DNA of 64,000 bases from Anaerofustis sp. GTDB lineage: Bacteria; Bacillota; Clostridia; Eubacteriales; Anaerofustaceae. The first letter of the stretch is position 1, and every line of letters begins with the position of its first letter. Positions 45,363 to 55,099 of this stretch are shown in pieces. The notes under the pieces were generated by a model. It was not told the DNA's origin and did no database searches. It saw only the letters and a program-made list of their open reading frames with translations. The stretch covers positions 372 through 64,371 of the forward strand of contig NZ_JAHZIA010000027.1 in the NCBI RefSeq assembly GCF_019420015.1. The letters are read 5' to 3'. Position numbers and translations under genes: made by a program.

Positions 45363-45691
45363 GAAACGGATGCGGTTGTACTGGACCGACTGACAATAAC
45401 AACAATATAAACGATAATCAATTTTCAGACATGACAATGGAAGAAATTTATCACAATATAAAAATGTATACTTTTGCCGTTCAAGATACGGCGTTATATT
45501 TGGATACACATCCCAACGATTTAGACGTATTAAAAAGACACAATGAATTTTCCAAAATGCTTGATATGGCCAACGAAGCATACAAACAGTTCAATAACCC
45601 GATAGACAATACAGGTGCAAGCAGTGGATTTTGGCATTATATAGAAGGTCCTTGGGCCGCTCAAAATATGGATTGGAGGGATAATGAATAA
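45353..45691 (+). CDS. cotJB: Spore coat protein CotJB (possibly with a 26-aa N-terminal extension)
   Basis: FAVQDTALYLDTHPND...GPW core. The ATG at 45353 has a GGGAG RBS. An alternative start is 45431 (MTMEEIY...). Confidence 0.85.
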   Translation: MQIGNGCGCTGPTDNNNNINDNQFSDMTMEEIYHNIKMYTFAVQDTALYLDTHPNDLDVLKRHNEFSKMLDMANEAYKQFNNPIDNTGASSGFWHYIEGPWAAQNMDWRDNE

Positions 45692-46263
45692 TGTGGGTTT
45701 ATAAAAAAATGCTACAACATCCTGTTACGGTTTCAGGAAAAGATTTAAGAATGGCAAAAAATGTTTTGACACAATATGGTGGTCCTGACGGAGAATTAGG
45801 TGCATCATTAAGATATCTAACACAAAGATTCTATATGCCATTAAAAGAAGGTACAGCAATTTTAACAGACATCGGCAGTGAAGAATTGGGGCATCTGGAA
45901 ATGATAGGCACCATATTTTCCGAACTTGTAAAAGGAGCAACAAAAGACGAACTTATCGAAAGCGGACTTGGCGGATATAATATAGAACACGGATGCAATC
46001 CTTTTTATGTAAATGTGGACGGCGTCCCTTGGAGTGCAAACTATATAGGTTCCAAAGGAGATCCTGAAGTAGATATGTATGAAGATATGGCTGCGGAACA
46101 AAAGGCAAAAATAACTTATGAAAACCTTATTAAAATGACTGACGATCCTCTCCTCAAAGATACATTAAGATTTTTGAGAGAAAGGGAAGTCGTTCATTTC
46201 CAGCGTTTCGGTGAAGTTTTAAGACTTGTACAAGAAGATAAAGAAAGAAAAAAAATATTCTGA
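45691..46263 (+). CDS. cotJC: Spore coat protein CotJC (manganese-catalase-like ferritin fold)
   Basis: GELGASLRYLTQRF, EELGHLEMIGT and EQKA...E..H blocks. Confidence 0.92.
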   Translation: MWVYKKMLQHPVTVSGKDLRMAKNVLTQYGGPDGELGASLRYLTQRFYMPLKEGTAILTDIGSEELGHLEMIGTIFSELVKGATKDELIESGLGGYNIEHGCNPFYVNVDGVPWSANYIGSKGDPEVDMYEDMAAEQKAKITYENLIKMTDDPLLKDTLRFLREREVVHFQRFGEVLRLVQEDKERKKIF

Positions 46264-46268
46264 TCTAA

Positions 46269-46304
46269 ACTAAGAGCTCTCATTTTGAGAGCTCTTAGTT
46301 TGTT
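46269..46304 (+). terminator. Intrinsic terminator after cotJC
   Basis: 13-bp stem ACTAAGAGCTCTC/GAGAGCTCTTAGT followed by TTGTT. Confidence 0.75.
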
Positions 46305-46326
46305 ATATATAAATAAATCACGACAA

Positions 46327-47406
46327 CTAGTTTAAGGTAACAAACTCTTTAAACATACCTTTTATAAAAGGAATCATACCAATACTTTCCACTGACTTTG
46401 ATGCGACTATATCGCTGGTACCAACTATATCATTACCGTCCTTCACCGTTACCGTTCCGAGCTTATCACCTTGTTTTACAGGAGCATCGACTTTTTTATT
46501 GTCAAGTTTAATATCCGTAGTGTAACTTTTATTTTCATTGCGTCCGCTAATAACCGAAACATTTTCTTTCGCAACTGCATCAATGGTATTTGCCGTCCCC
46601 TTATTAACCTCTACCTGAGCAAAACTTTTACCTTTTTGAATAACATTTACTCCTTTATAGTTATTAAATCCATAATTTAAAAGCTTATTGGCCTCAGAAA
46701 ATCTCGTTTTTGAGTCGGGTGCACCGAGAATAACGGCAATAAGTCGTAGATCCCCGTCTTTTCCTGTAGCAGCTATACAGTGCCCCGCATCTGCGGTGTA
46801 TCCTGTTTTAAGTCCATCAACTTTATCATTCATCTTAAGGAGCTTATTCGTATTGTTTAACGTTCTTTCTTTATCATTATTTTTTCCTATTTGTATATCT
46901 TTCTGCCAAGTAGAACTTATTTTAAATACATCAGGATATTTACAAACCTCTTTTGTCATAATGGCTATATCATATGCACAAGAATAATGATCATCAGCAG
47001 GAAGACCATTTGAATTTACAAAATGAGTATTCTTCATACCAAGCTCTTTAGCTTTATCGTTCATCATTAATATAAACTTCTCTATACTTCCGCCTATAAA
47101 TTCTCCCATCGCCGCACAAGCGTCATTTGCACTTTCTATGATTATGGCATAAAACAATTCTTCAACCGTTCGGCTCTCACCTTCTTCCATAAATAGTTGA
47201 CTGCCACCCATTTTACTCGCATAGTCGGATATTGTTACTCTGTCTGCCATATTAATTTTACCTTCGTCTATATCCTCTAAAATCAAGAGTATCGTCATTA
47301 CCTTCGTAACACTGGCAAGAGAAAGCTTTTTATTTTTATTTTTTTCATATAAAACTTTTCCGCTCCCAGCATCCATCAATATAACAGCTTTACTTTCTAC
47401 CTTCAT
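46327..47406 (-). CDS. D-alanyl-D-alanine carboxypeptidase (PBP5/DacB-DacF type) without a recognisable signal peptide
   Basis: SxxK (SVTKVMT), SxN (ESANDA) and KTG (KTGYT) motifs. The ORF starts at MKVESKAVILMD, which aligns to the mature N-terminus of B. subtilis DacB as I recall it. Confidence 0.85.
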   Translation of the reverse strand: MKVESKAVILMDAGSGKVLYEKNKNKKLSLASVTKVMTILLILEDIDEGKINMADRVTISDYASKMGGSQLFMEEGESRTVEELFYAIIIESANDACAAMGEFIGGSIEKFILMMNDKAKELGMKNTHFVNSNGLPADDHYSCAYDIAIMTKEVCKYPDVFKISSTWQKDIQIGKNNDKERTLNNTNKLLKMNDKVDGLKTGYTADAGHCIAATGKDGDLRLIAVILGAPDSKTRFSEANKLLNYGFNNYKGVNVIQKGKSFAQVEVNKGTANTIDAVAKENVSVISGRNENKSYTTDIKLDNKKVDAPVKQGDKLGTVTVKDGNDIVGTSDIVASKSVESIGMIPFIKGMFKEFVTLN

Positions 47407-47472
47407 ACTTACTTCCTTTTTATCCTCAACGTCTTTTCCGTAAACAAAAGCCGGGGTAAATTATTATTATTT

Positions 47473-48105
47473 TTATAAAAACGCAGATGAAAATACTACC
47501 ATAAACATAGGTACGATATAACTTTCTATATAAATTCCCAAGATATTCAATAAAAATGCTATTATAATATATATAGTGTAGCGTATGTAAAAAGCAGAGT
47601 TATTTACCTGTTTATATTTGTTTTTGTTGTTTTTTTGCACATTGAATTTAAAGGAAGATGCAGTTACCGTAGCAAAAAACAACGCAGCTGTTTTTATAAT
47701 ATTTTGAACGAGTAACATAACAGCCGCAAACACAATACCTTTAAGCCCAAACTGATATATAAAAAACGTACTTGTAAACCCAAGAATAAAACCCTTGTAA
47801 AAAACTACACTTACAGAATAAATCAAGCTCAAAGCACTAAGACCCAAAATCCATAAAAACACATATAATTTTAAATCTCTGTAAAGCGTAGTCATAAAAA
47901 TATCTTTGCTGTTTATACCTGAAGTATCCTTAGAAAGAACAGAAAAAAACGAACTTATATAACCTACCAATTCTTCTGTTTGCTGAGAAGTTAAAAAATA
48001 TATTGTAATGCCTCCAACAACCAATCCCAAAACAAACACAAAAGTAAAAAACAAGTATTTTTTCCTATTCTCTTTAAAGTGATAATTAATAAATTCTCTG
48101 ATCAT
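47473..48105 (-). CDS. spoIIM: Stage II sporulation protein M
   Basis: About 210 aa, five TM helices. N-terminus MIREFINYHFKENRKKYLFFTFVF... typical of SpoIIM. Confidence 0.8.
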   Translation of the reverse strand: MIREFINYHFKENRKKYLFFTFVFVLGLVVGGITIYFLTSQQTEELVGYISSFFSVLSKDTSGINSKDIFMTTLYRDLKLYVFLWILGLSALSLIYSVSVVFYKGFILGFTSTFFIYQFGLKGIVFAAVMLLVQNIIKTAALFFATVTASSFKFNVQKNNKNKYKQVNNSAFYIRYTIYIIIAFLLNILGIYIESYIVPMFMVVFSSAFL

Positions 48106-48197
48106 AATTTTTTATCCTCAATTTTACTAAGGACATAAAAAAGACATGCCCTGTTAATAAAGGGTATGTCCCAATTAATTCTTTTATGATTATTTCT

Positions 48198-48734
48198 TTA
48201 AATATTATTTTCAGTGCAATACTTAAGCACGGCACATATAAGTTTGCTGTCCTTGTACTTATTATTCAAAATATCTTCTTTCAAAGTTTTTATATCTACT
48301 TTTATCACATTTAAAAATTCATCTTCATCCAAATTCTGTGATGTTTCATATAAATCCTTTGCAAGATAAATATGCAATACTTCATTGCAATAACCGACAG
48401 CCGAATATATATCCATAAAATGTTCAAAATATTTTGCTCGGTATCCGGTTTCTTCCTCCAATTCTCTTATGGCAGCATCTTTCGGGTCTTCTCCATATTC
48501 AAGCTTCCCCGTTGGAAGTTCTGTTGTTATATCATATACAGAACATCTAAACTGTTGTACCAAAATGACCTCATTTGCATCAGTTAAAGCAAAGATAGCA
48601 GATGCCCCATCATGATCAAGGTCATCCCTTGTCGCTGTTTTACCGTTTGGCAAAAGTACATGATCTCTTCTTACATTGAATATGTTCCCTTTTAGCAGTT
48701 CTTCTGTTTTAATAACCTTCTCTCTTATTTCCAC
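48198..48734 (-). CDS. NUDIX hydrolase (ADP-ribose pyrophosphatase-like)
   Basis: Nudix box GKLEYGEDPKDAAIRELEEETGY. Confidence 0.88.
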   Translation of the reverse strand: MEIREKVIKTEELLKGNIFNVRRDHVLLPNGKTATRDDLDHDGASAIFALTDANEVILVQQFRCSVYDITTELPTGKLEYGEDPKDAAIRELEEETGYRAKYFEHFMDIYSAVGYCNEVLHIYLAKDLYETSQNLDEDEFLNVIKVDIKTLKEDILNNKYKDSKLICAVLKYCTENNI

Positions 48735-49198
48735 TATTGTTTTCCTCTTTCATTCAGCATATTTTTAAGTTCGTCCATAAAGCTGTTAACATCTTTAAAC
48801 TGTCTGTATACGGATGCAAATCTTACATAAGCGACTTCGTCCAAATCTTTTAAATATTTCATAATCTGTTCTCCGATTATATCGGAAGATATTTCTTTCT
48901 TTGCTATTTTTTGAATATTGCTTTCTATCTCATTTACAATATGCTCTATCTGTTCAACGGATACAGGTCTCTTTTCACAAGATTTTATTATACCGTTCAT
49001 AATTTTATTCCTGTCGAAAGACTCCCTTGTTCCGTTTTTCTTGACAACAATCAACGGAATCGTCTCTATCTTCTCATATGTCGTAAACCTTTTTTCGCAC
49101 GACAAACATTCCCTTCTTCTTCTTATAGCTGTATTATCGTCTGTAGGTCTTGAATCTATAACTTTACTTTCCAAATAACCACAATACGGACACTTCAT
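48734..49198 (-). CDS. nrdR: Transcriptional repressor NrdR
   Basis: MKCPYCG...[12 protein letters not shown] zinc ribbon plus an ATP-cone. Confidence 0.95.
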   Translation of the reverse strand: MKCPYCGYLESKVIDSRPTDDNTAIRRRRECLSCEKRFTTYEKIETIPLIVVKKNGTRESFDRNKIMNGIIKSCEKRPVSVEQIEHIVNEIESNIQKIAKKEISSDIIGEQIMKYLKDLDEVAYVRFASVYRQFKDVNSFMDELKNMLNERGKQ

Positions 49199-49591
49199 TT
49201 TATATCACCTTTCACACCAAATATTTCTGATATTTTAACAATTAGATTATATAATAAATAAATTCGTAATTCAATAATTAAATAAAAGCAGGTATATTCT
49301 GATATTATCTTATATATTTTTCAATTTATACTCTTAAAAAAATCCATAAAAATATACATGAATAACAATTAATAAAAGTAAAAAAGATTACAAAGGTCTT
49401 CTTTAATGTCAATCATATATTTCTTTATCGATTAGTTTAAGATTTACAAAATATTCATTTTCAAATTTTTTAATAATTTAATAAAAAATCATATAGCGTA
49501 ACTTTTATATTAACCCCGTAAATCAAGGTACATTTGAAAATCTGACTCAATTAATATATAATTGATAAAAAATCAGAAAGGTATCAAATAG

Positions 49592-50032
49592 ATGAATAAA
49601 GTAAAAGTTGAAATAATAAATAAATCTCCGTATCCTATACCAAAGTACGCAACCTGTGGAAGTGCAGGCGCAGATTTATACGCAAATATAACAGATAATA
49701 TAACAGTAAATATGGGAGAAATAAAACTTATCCCTACAGGTATACACATAAAACTCCCAAAAGGGTACGAAGCACAAATAAGAGCAAGAAGCGGACTTGC
49801 CCTAAAACACGGGATAACCCTTGTAAACGGCATAGGAACAATAGACAGTGACTACAGAGGAGAAATAGGAATAATCCTTACAACATTAAAAAACGAACCT
49901 TTTACAATAACTCCCGGAATGAAAATAGCCCAAATGGTTATAGCGAAACACGAAGTTGCGGAATTTATAGAAGTGGAAAGACTTGAGAATACCAAAAGAG
50001 GCGACGGAGGATTCGGACACAGCGGAATATAA
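49592..50032 (+). CDS. dut: dUTP diphosphatase
   Basis: GSAGADL, RSGLALKHGI, GTIDSDYRGE and a C-terminal RGDGGFGHSG. Confidence 0.95.
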   Translation: MNKVKVEIINKSPYPIPKYATCGSAGADLYANITDNITVNMGEIKLIPTGIHIKLPKGYEAQIRARSGLALKHGITLVNGIGTIDSDYRGEIGIILTTLKNEPFTITPGMKIAQMVIAKHEVAEFIEVERLENTKRGDGGFGHSGI

Positions 50033-50040
50033 ACCAGAAA

Positions 50041-50076
50041 GCAATATGCTTTCTGGTTATTTTTTCGGTTCTTTTA
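50041..50076. terminator. Bidirectional terminator between dut and a convergent membrane protein gene
   Basis: AACCAGAAAGC-AATAT-GCTTTCTGGTT followed by a T-run. Confidence 0.75.
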
Positions 50077-51181
50077 TTGTAAAATAAATATAAGAAGAAC
50101 TATACTTGTCATAATCATCTTTTTTTTCCGTAAAATAATCCACATCGACATTTTCGTTAATACTATAATTTATTTTTTTATAATACGAACCTTCTATAAA
50201 TTTATCACAAAAATCCTTTGGCAGTTCATACTCCTCGAGCAAATCACTTGACAATGCTTTTACGTTTGCATCATTTAGCATTACATTTAATTTCAAAATA
50301 TCCACTTTTGCTTTTTCCAAATTTTCTTCTTTACTTTTAGTTATATCAATATCAACATTGTAAATTACCTTTTCTATTAATCCTTCATTATTTACACTTA
50401 CATTTATGCTTGAATTATATGCTTCATCATAATCATATAAATATCCCGCAACATCATATCCATGGGAATTATATTTTTCAAGCGGGTCATTAATTCTTAC
50501 ATTCACGCAGTCTATTTCAAATGAGCTTTGTAATGCATATACTGATTTTGATGAAATCAGAGCTTGATTATTTGCATTATTTGCGGAAAAAATAAAATGA
50601 GGAACATATGTAGCTATCAATAAAATAACCGGAATTAATACTATTGACAAAACATATTTCTTTGCTTTGGGAATTTCAATATCAAAAACTCTTGCGACTG
50701 TTTTTGCATTAGAACTTAATTCATTTGTCATTGAAGCAACCATCGCAACACTACCTATGGCAGAAATAGCATCCAAAGCATCAGAAGTGTTTTTTAGACT
50801 TTTATTATCAGACATATCAAGTAAAGTTGAAGCTCCCCTTGCACCTAAAAGCAAACTTATGCTTTTTGAATAATCCTTATTTGCTAATTTTAAATCTGCA
50901 TGATTTACAATTTTAGTCCACTTTTCTTTTCTCATTCCAATCTTTGTATATAAAAAACAATAAATGAAAAATACTAAATAAACAACTACAATTCCGATAT
51001 ATGTCCATAACCCTGCAGTATAAAATCTAATAGAATTAAAAACCAAATCCCCAAGCATATTTAAAATTATCCAAAGAAATCCAATTGTTAAGGAAACAAT
51101 TAAAAATGCCAATGAAAGACTTGGATAAAGACAATATTTTTTAACCAATTGTTTTTGCCCTTCGTCTAACATTTTTTTCAC
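50057..51181 (-). CDS. Hypothetical membrane protein (about 5 TM segments plus a ~170-aa C-terminal extracytoplasmic domain)
   Basis: Long uninterrupted ORF with clear hydrophobic helices. No motif recognised. Confidence 0.55.
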   Translation of the reverse strand: MKKMLDEGQKQLVKKYCLYPSLSLAFLIVSLTIGFLWIILNMLGDLVFNSIRFYTAGLWTYIGIVVVYLVFFIYCFLYTKIGMRKEKWTKIVNHADLKLANKDYSKSISLLLGARGASTLLDMSDNKSLKNTSDALDAISAIGSVAMVASMTNELSSNAKTVARVFDIEIPKAKKYVLSIVLIPVILLIATYVPHFIFSANNANNQALISSKSVYALQSSFEIDCVNVRINDPLEKYNSHGYDVAGYLYDYDEAYNSSINVSVNNEGLIEKVIYNVDIDITKSKEENLEKAKVDILKLNVMLNDANVKALSSDLLEEYELPKDFCDKFIEGSYYKKINYSINENVDVDYFTEKKDDYDKYSSSYIYFTIKEPKK

Positions 51182-51330
51182 ATCCTTTTATCACTTATTA
51201 TATTTTAATTATAACTTATAAATATAAAAAATACTAATAAAATATAACAAGCGCAAAACCATATAATATTTACATACACTTTTATTAATAATCCATAATT
51301 CTTTTCATATATTTAAAAGAGGTGAAGCAC

Positions 51331-51570
51331 ATGAATTTATCACAATTAAAAGACAGAATAATAGTCAATATAAATAATGGTGAAAAACTGGGGATTTTAG
51401 GGAATTGTGACTTGCAAATAGATGAAAAAGAAGGTAAAATAGAAGCAGTATTGATTCCGCAAGGCAAAGCCAGAACTTTCTTTTCCGGCGAAATTCAGTA
51501 CTTGACCATACCTTGGGAAAGTATCGTAAAAATAGGAATGGATACAATAATGATAGATATAAAAAAATAA
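51331..51570 (+). CDS. ymxH: YlmC/YmxH-family sporulation protein (PRC-barrel)
   Basis: DRIIVNINNGEKLGILGNCDLQIDEKEGKIEAVLIP is the typical family pattern. The position upstream of dapG matches B. subtilis ymxH. The ATG at 51331 has an AGAGGTGA RBS. Confidence 0.85.
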   Translation: MNLSQLKDRIIVNINNGEKLGILGNCDLQIDEKEGKIEAVLIPQGKARTFFSGEIQYLTIPWESIVKIGMDTIMIDIKK

Positions 51571-51589
51571 ATACACAGAGGTTTAAGCA

Positions 51590-52780
51590 ATGAAAATTAT
51601 TGTGCAAAAGTACGGCGGTACAAGCGTAAATACGGCAAAATCAAGAAGTATGATTATAAAAAACATGATTGATGCGATTGATGACGGATTTAAACCTATT
51701 ATAGTAGTTTCAGCCATGGGGAGAAAACCTGAACCCTATGCAACAGATTCTCTTTTGGGATTGCTTCCGGACATGAAAAACGCAAATTTAAGAAATAAAG
51801 ATTTACTTGCGAGCTGCGGAGAAATCATCACGACAGTTGTCGTAAGTGAAGAAATAAGAGCAAAAGGAATTAACGCAAGAGCTCTTACGGGAGGACAAGC
51901 CGGTATTGTAACCAACGAAAATTACGGAGACGGAAAAATACTGAAAATAGACACAAACAGATTAATGGAACTTGTAAATCAAGATATAGTACCTGTAGTT
52001 GCGGGATTCCAGGGAATGAGCAAAAACGGACAAATGCTTACACTCGGAAGAGGCGGCAGCGACATCACAGCAACAGCACTCGGCGCTGCTTTAAATGCAG
52101 AATTGGTTGAAATATATACGGATGTTGACGGTGTAATGACAGCTGACCCAAGAGTTGTTGAAAATGCCGAATTAATCGAAAACGTGGATTACGATGAAGT
52201 ATTCCAACTTGCCGAATACGGAGCAAAAGTAATTCATCCGAGAGCCGTGGAATATGCAATGAAAGCCGATGTGCCTATAGCTATATTAAACACCCAAAAA
52301 GGAAGATATTACGGAGGAACGAGAATAGAAGATACACCTCAGGATATTTTCAGCGAAAAGCATTTTTCTGCAGTAACTCAAATAGACGGATGCAGCCAGG
52401 TAGATATTAAATTTACCGATATTAAAAAAGAAGACAGATTATTCGAAGTCTTGGCGGAACAAGAAGTATCAATAGATATGATAAACATATTCCCTGACAG
52501 AAAAACCTTTATTATAGATTCTGATAAACAGCATATAGTAGATAAAGCGATGTCAAAACTTGAACTTGAATATACAATATGCGACGGATTTACCAAAATA
52601 ACAATAATGGGAAGAATGAAAGGAGTTCCGGGGGTAGTTGCAAAAATAATCGCAGCTCTTTATTCGAACAATATATTTGTTCATCAATCTTCGGATTCCA
52701 GCACGACAGTATCAGTTCTTGTCGATACAAAGCAGGCAAAAGATGCAGTAAATATACTTCATAAAAATCTAATTAAATAA
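51590..52780 (+). CDS. dapG: Aspartate kinase (DapG-like, monofunctional)
   Basis: VQKYGGTSV N-terminus, the GRGGSD motif and C-terminal ACT domains. Confidence 0.92.
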   Translation: MKIIVQKYGGTSVNTAKSRSMIIKNMIDAIDDGFKPIIVVSAMGRKPEPYATDSLLGLLPDMKNANLRNKDLLASCGEIITTVVVSEEIRAKGINARALTGGQAGIVTNENYGDGKILKIDTNRLMELVNQDIVPVVAGFQGMSKNGQMLTLGRGGSDITATALGAALNAELVEIYTDVDGVMTADPRVVENAELIENVDYDEVFQLAEYGAKVIHPRAVEYAMKADVPIAILNTQKGRYYGGTRIEDTPQDIFSEKHFSAVTQIDGCSQVDIKFTDIKKEDRLFEVLAEQEVSIDMINIFPDRKTFIIDSDKQHIVDKAMSKLELEYTICDGFTKITIMGRMKGVPGVVAKIIAALYSNNIFVHQSSDSSTTVSVLVDTKQAKDAVNILHKNLIK

Positions 52781-52810
52781 AAAATACATAAATTTCAAAT
52801 AATTGATAAA

Positions 52811-52846
52811 AATAAGAAAGGACAAAAGTTCTTTCTTATTTTATTA
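52811..52846 (+). terminator. Intrinsic terminator after dapG
   Basis: AATAAGAAAG/CTTTCTTATT 10-bp stem followed by a T-rich tail. Confidence 0.65.
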
Positions 52847-52864
52847 TATTTGAAAGGAAATATT

Positions 52865-53611
52865 ATGAAAGAAAAAAACAGAATGGAAAACGAGGCAGAA
52901 TTCGATATAAGTCACGAATCGGATTTTGATGAAGAAACAATAAACAGATTAAAAGAGCTCGGACAAATGAATGACAAATACGAAAGCGGAATACAAACCA
53001 TAAGCATAATAGGAGAAATAGAAGGACATATAGAAGCCGGATCTCCAAAAAAATCAACCAAATACGAACATATAATACCTATGATTATGGACGTCGAAGA
53101 AAAAGACGAAATAAAAGGAGTTTTGCTTATCCTGAATACAATGGGCGGGGATGTAGAAGCAGGCCTTGCAATATCCGAACTGATATCCGGAATGAGCAAA
53201 CCATGTGTAACGCTGGTACTCGGAGGCAGCCACAGTATAGGTGTTCCCCTTGCTGTTAGCGGAACGTATTCATTTATTACTCCAACCGCAACAATGATGA
53301 TACACCCTATCAGAACAACAGGTCTTGTAATAGGAGTACTTCAAAGCTTTCTTTATTTTCAAAAAATGCAGGAGAGAATAACGGATTTTGTAGTTGAACA
53401 CTCAAACGTTGATAAAGATTTATTTAATAAAATCATGCTCAACACTGACGAACTCGTAAATGACATGGGATCCGTGCTCGTAGGAGAAGAAGCTGTTAAG
53501 ATAGGGCTGATAGATGAAGTTGGATCTCTTAAAGACGCAAGAAATAAATTACTTGAACTTATAAAAGAATATGAGCATACCGGAAAAACAAACAAAAGCA
53601 AGAACAAATAG
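52865..53611 (+). CDS. tepA: TepA-like ClpP-fold serine protease (translocation-enhancing protein family)
   Basis: IIGEIEGH...KYEHIIP...LNTMGGDVEAGLAI...LGGSHSIGVPLAV...ATMMIHP closely parallels B. subtilis TepA as I recall it. Confidence 0.88.
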   Translation: MKEKNRMENEAEFDISHESDFDEETINRLKELGQMNDKYESGIQTISIIGEIEGHIEAGSPKKSTKYEHIIPMIMDVEEKDEIKGVLLILNTMGGDVEAGLAISELISGMSKPCVTLVLGGSHSIGVPLAVSGTYSFITPTATMMIHPIRTTGLVIGVLQSFLYFQKMQERITDFVVEHSNVDKDLFNKIMLNTDELVNDMGSVLVGEEAVKIGLIDEVGSLKDARNKLLELIKEYEHTGKTNKSKNK

Positions 53612-53630
53612 TTCTTGCTTTATTTTCTTT
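53596..53630. terminator. Bidirectional terminator between tepA and the convergent flippase gene
   Basis: AAGCAAGAAC-AAATA-GTTCTTGCTT, overlapping both stop codons. Confidence 0.7.
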
Positions 53631-55077
53631 TCAAAACAAAACCCTTTATCTTGCCAAGCATATAAACATATGCATCAAGTTTAAATATATGACAGAAAAT
53701 TATATAAAAAATTATACCGGATATAATTTGAATAAACAAAAGCAAAATATTTGCAACACTCAATATCATACTTAAACCATAAACCAAAATAGACATAACA
53801 ATCGAAGCCAATAAATAAGGGAATATATCCCTCCATTGTTCTTTTATGGAATAATTAATAAGAGTTTTGTTCGGGAATCCGTTAATTACGGTTGCCAATA
53901 AAGAAAACAATATTTCACTTCCGACAATAGCATATACCCCAAAAGGGAAGCTCAAACCTATAAGGCATAAACCAAGTACACGTTTTATTATCTCCAACTT
54001 TAATCCGACATCACTTCTTCCAAGCGCATTTATTGCCTGTAAATTTGCCGAATGCATCGGATAAAAAGCATAAGCAATACAAACAAGTCTCATAAACGGA
54101 ACAGCCCCCAGCCACTTGTCTGTAAACAAAAGAAGTATTAAAGGTTTTGCAACAGCAACAAGTCCAAACATAACAGGGAATATAACAAAACAATTAAGAG
54201 ACATTGTTCTTCTAAGCATTTTTTTTAATTCTTCAACCTTATCTTGTTTGGTTGAAAGCACAGGAAGCATAACAGCCGATATTGCCCCTGTAAGCCCGTT
54301 CATCAAACTTGAGCCAAGCATATCTCCTCTGTTGTAATATCCAAGTACATCGGCTTTAAAAGCCTTACCGATAATGAGTGTTCTTACATTTGTATAGACC
54401 ACACTTACAAGAGAAGAACAAACCAGCTTCCAACTGAAAGAATATAAAGCTTTAACCCTCTTCATGGAAAATACAAGTTTAGGCCTCCACTTTACACTAA
54501 ACCAAAGAACAACAGTAAGCATAAAGTTATTCACTATTGCAGACAGTGCCAATGCCCATATCCCGGCTCCTGCATAGGCTAGAGATACACCGGTAATTCC
54601 TGCGGCAATACACCCCGTAAGGCTTGCCCTAAAGTTCTTTTTAAACTCAAGATTCCTCGCCATAATCGCCTGCTGCACAGTATTAAAGGCGGCAAATACC
54701 AATATAATTCCCTCTGCACGCAAAAGATACTTAAGTATATCCAAGTTATAAAACTGTGCAACATAAGGAGATATAAAAAATAATGCAGCATATAACACAA
54801 AGGATGCCGTAATACTAAAAAAGAAAATTGAAGAAGTATCTACTTCATCTATTTCCGCCTTTTGAATAAGGGCAGTACCAAATCCGCTTTGAACAAAAAT
54901 ATTTGCTACATTTATAAAAACAGTAATTATTGCCACAGCGGCAAAATCTTCGGGAAAAAGCTTTCTGGCAAGTAAAATTTGAATAATAAGATTTATAGCC
55001 TGTACGCTTATTCTTTCCATAAACTTCCATATTAAATTTACTATTACATTTCCCGAAGACAATTTTTTATCACTCAT
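53620..55077 (-). CDS. wzx: Polysaccharide flippase (Wzx, MOP/PST superfamily)
   Basis: 485-aa protein with about 12-14 TM helices. N-terminus LIWKFMERISVQAINLIIQILLARKL typical of PST-family flippases. Confidence 0.85.
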   Translation of the reverse strand: MSDKKLSSGNVIVNLIWKFMERISVQAINLIIQILLARKLFPEDFAAVAIITVFINVANIFVQSGFGTALIQKAEIDEVDTSSIFFFSITASFVLYAALFFISPYVAQFYNLDILKYLLRAEGIILVFAAFNTVQQAIMARNLEFKKNFRASLTGCIAAGITGVSLAYAGAGIWALALSAIVNNFMLTVVLWFSVKWRPKLVFSMKRVKALYSFSWKLVCSSLVSVVYTNVRTLIIGKAFKADVLGYYNRGDMLGSSLMNGLTGAISAVMLPVLSTKQDKVEELKKMLRRTMSLNCFVIFPVMFGLVAVAKPLILLLFTDKWLGAVPFMRLVCIAYAFYPMHSANLQAINALGRSDVGLKLEIIKRVLGLCLIGLSFPFGVYAIVGSEILFSLLATVINGFPNKTLINYSIKEQWRDIFPYLLASIVMSILVYGLSMILSVANILLLFIQIISGIIFYIIFCHIFKLDAYVYMLGKIKGFVLKRK

Positions 55078-55099
55078 TTAATTCTCCAAATCAATTATA

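Noticed and set aside
51571-51589. Expected lysine (L-box) riboswitch upstream of aspartate kinase
   Set aside because: Only 19 nt separate ymxH from the kinase gene, which is too little room for a riboswitch. The kinase is the DapG-type gene within the ymxH-dapG-tepA synteny.
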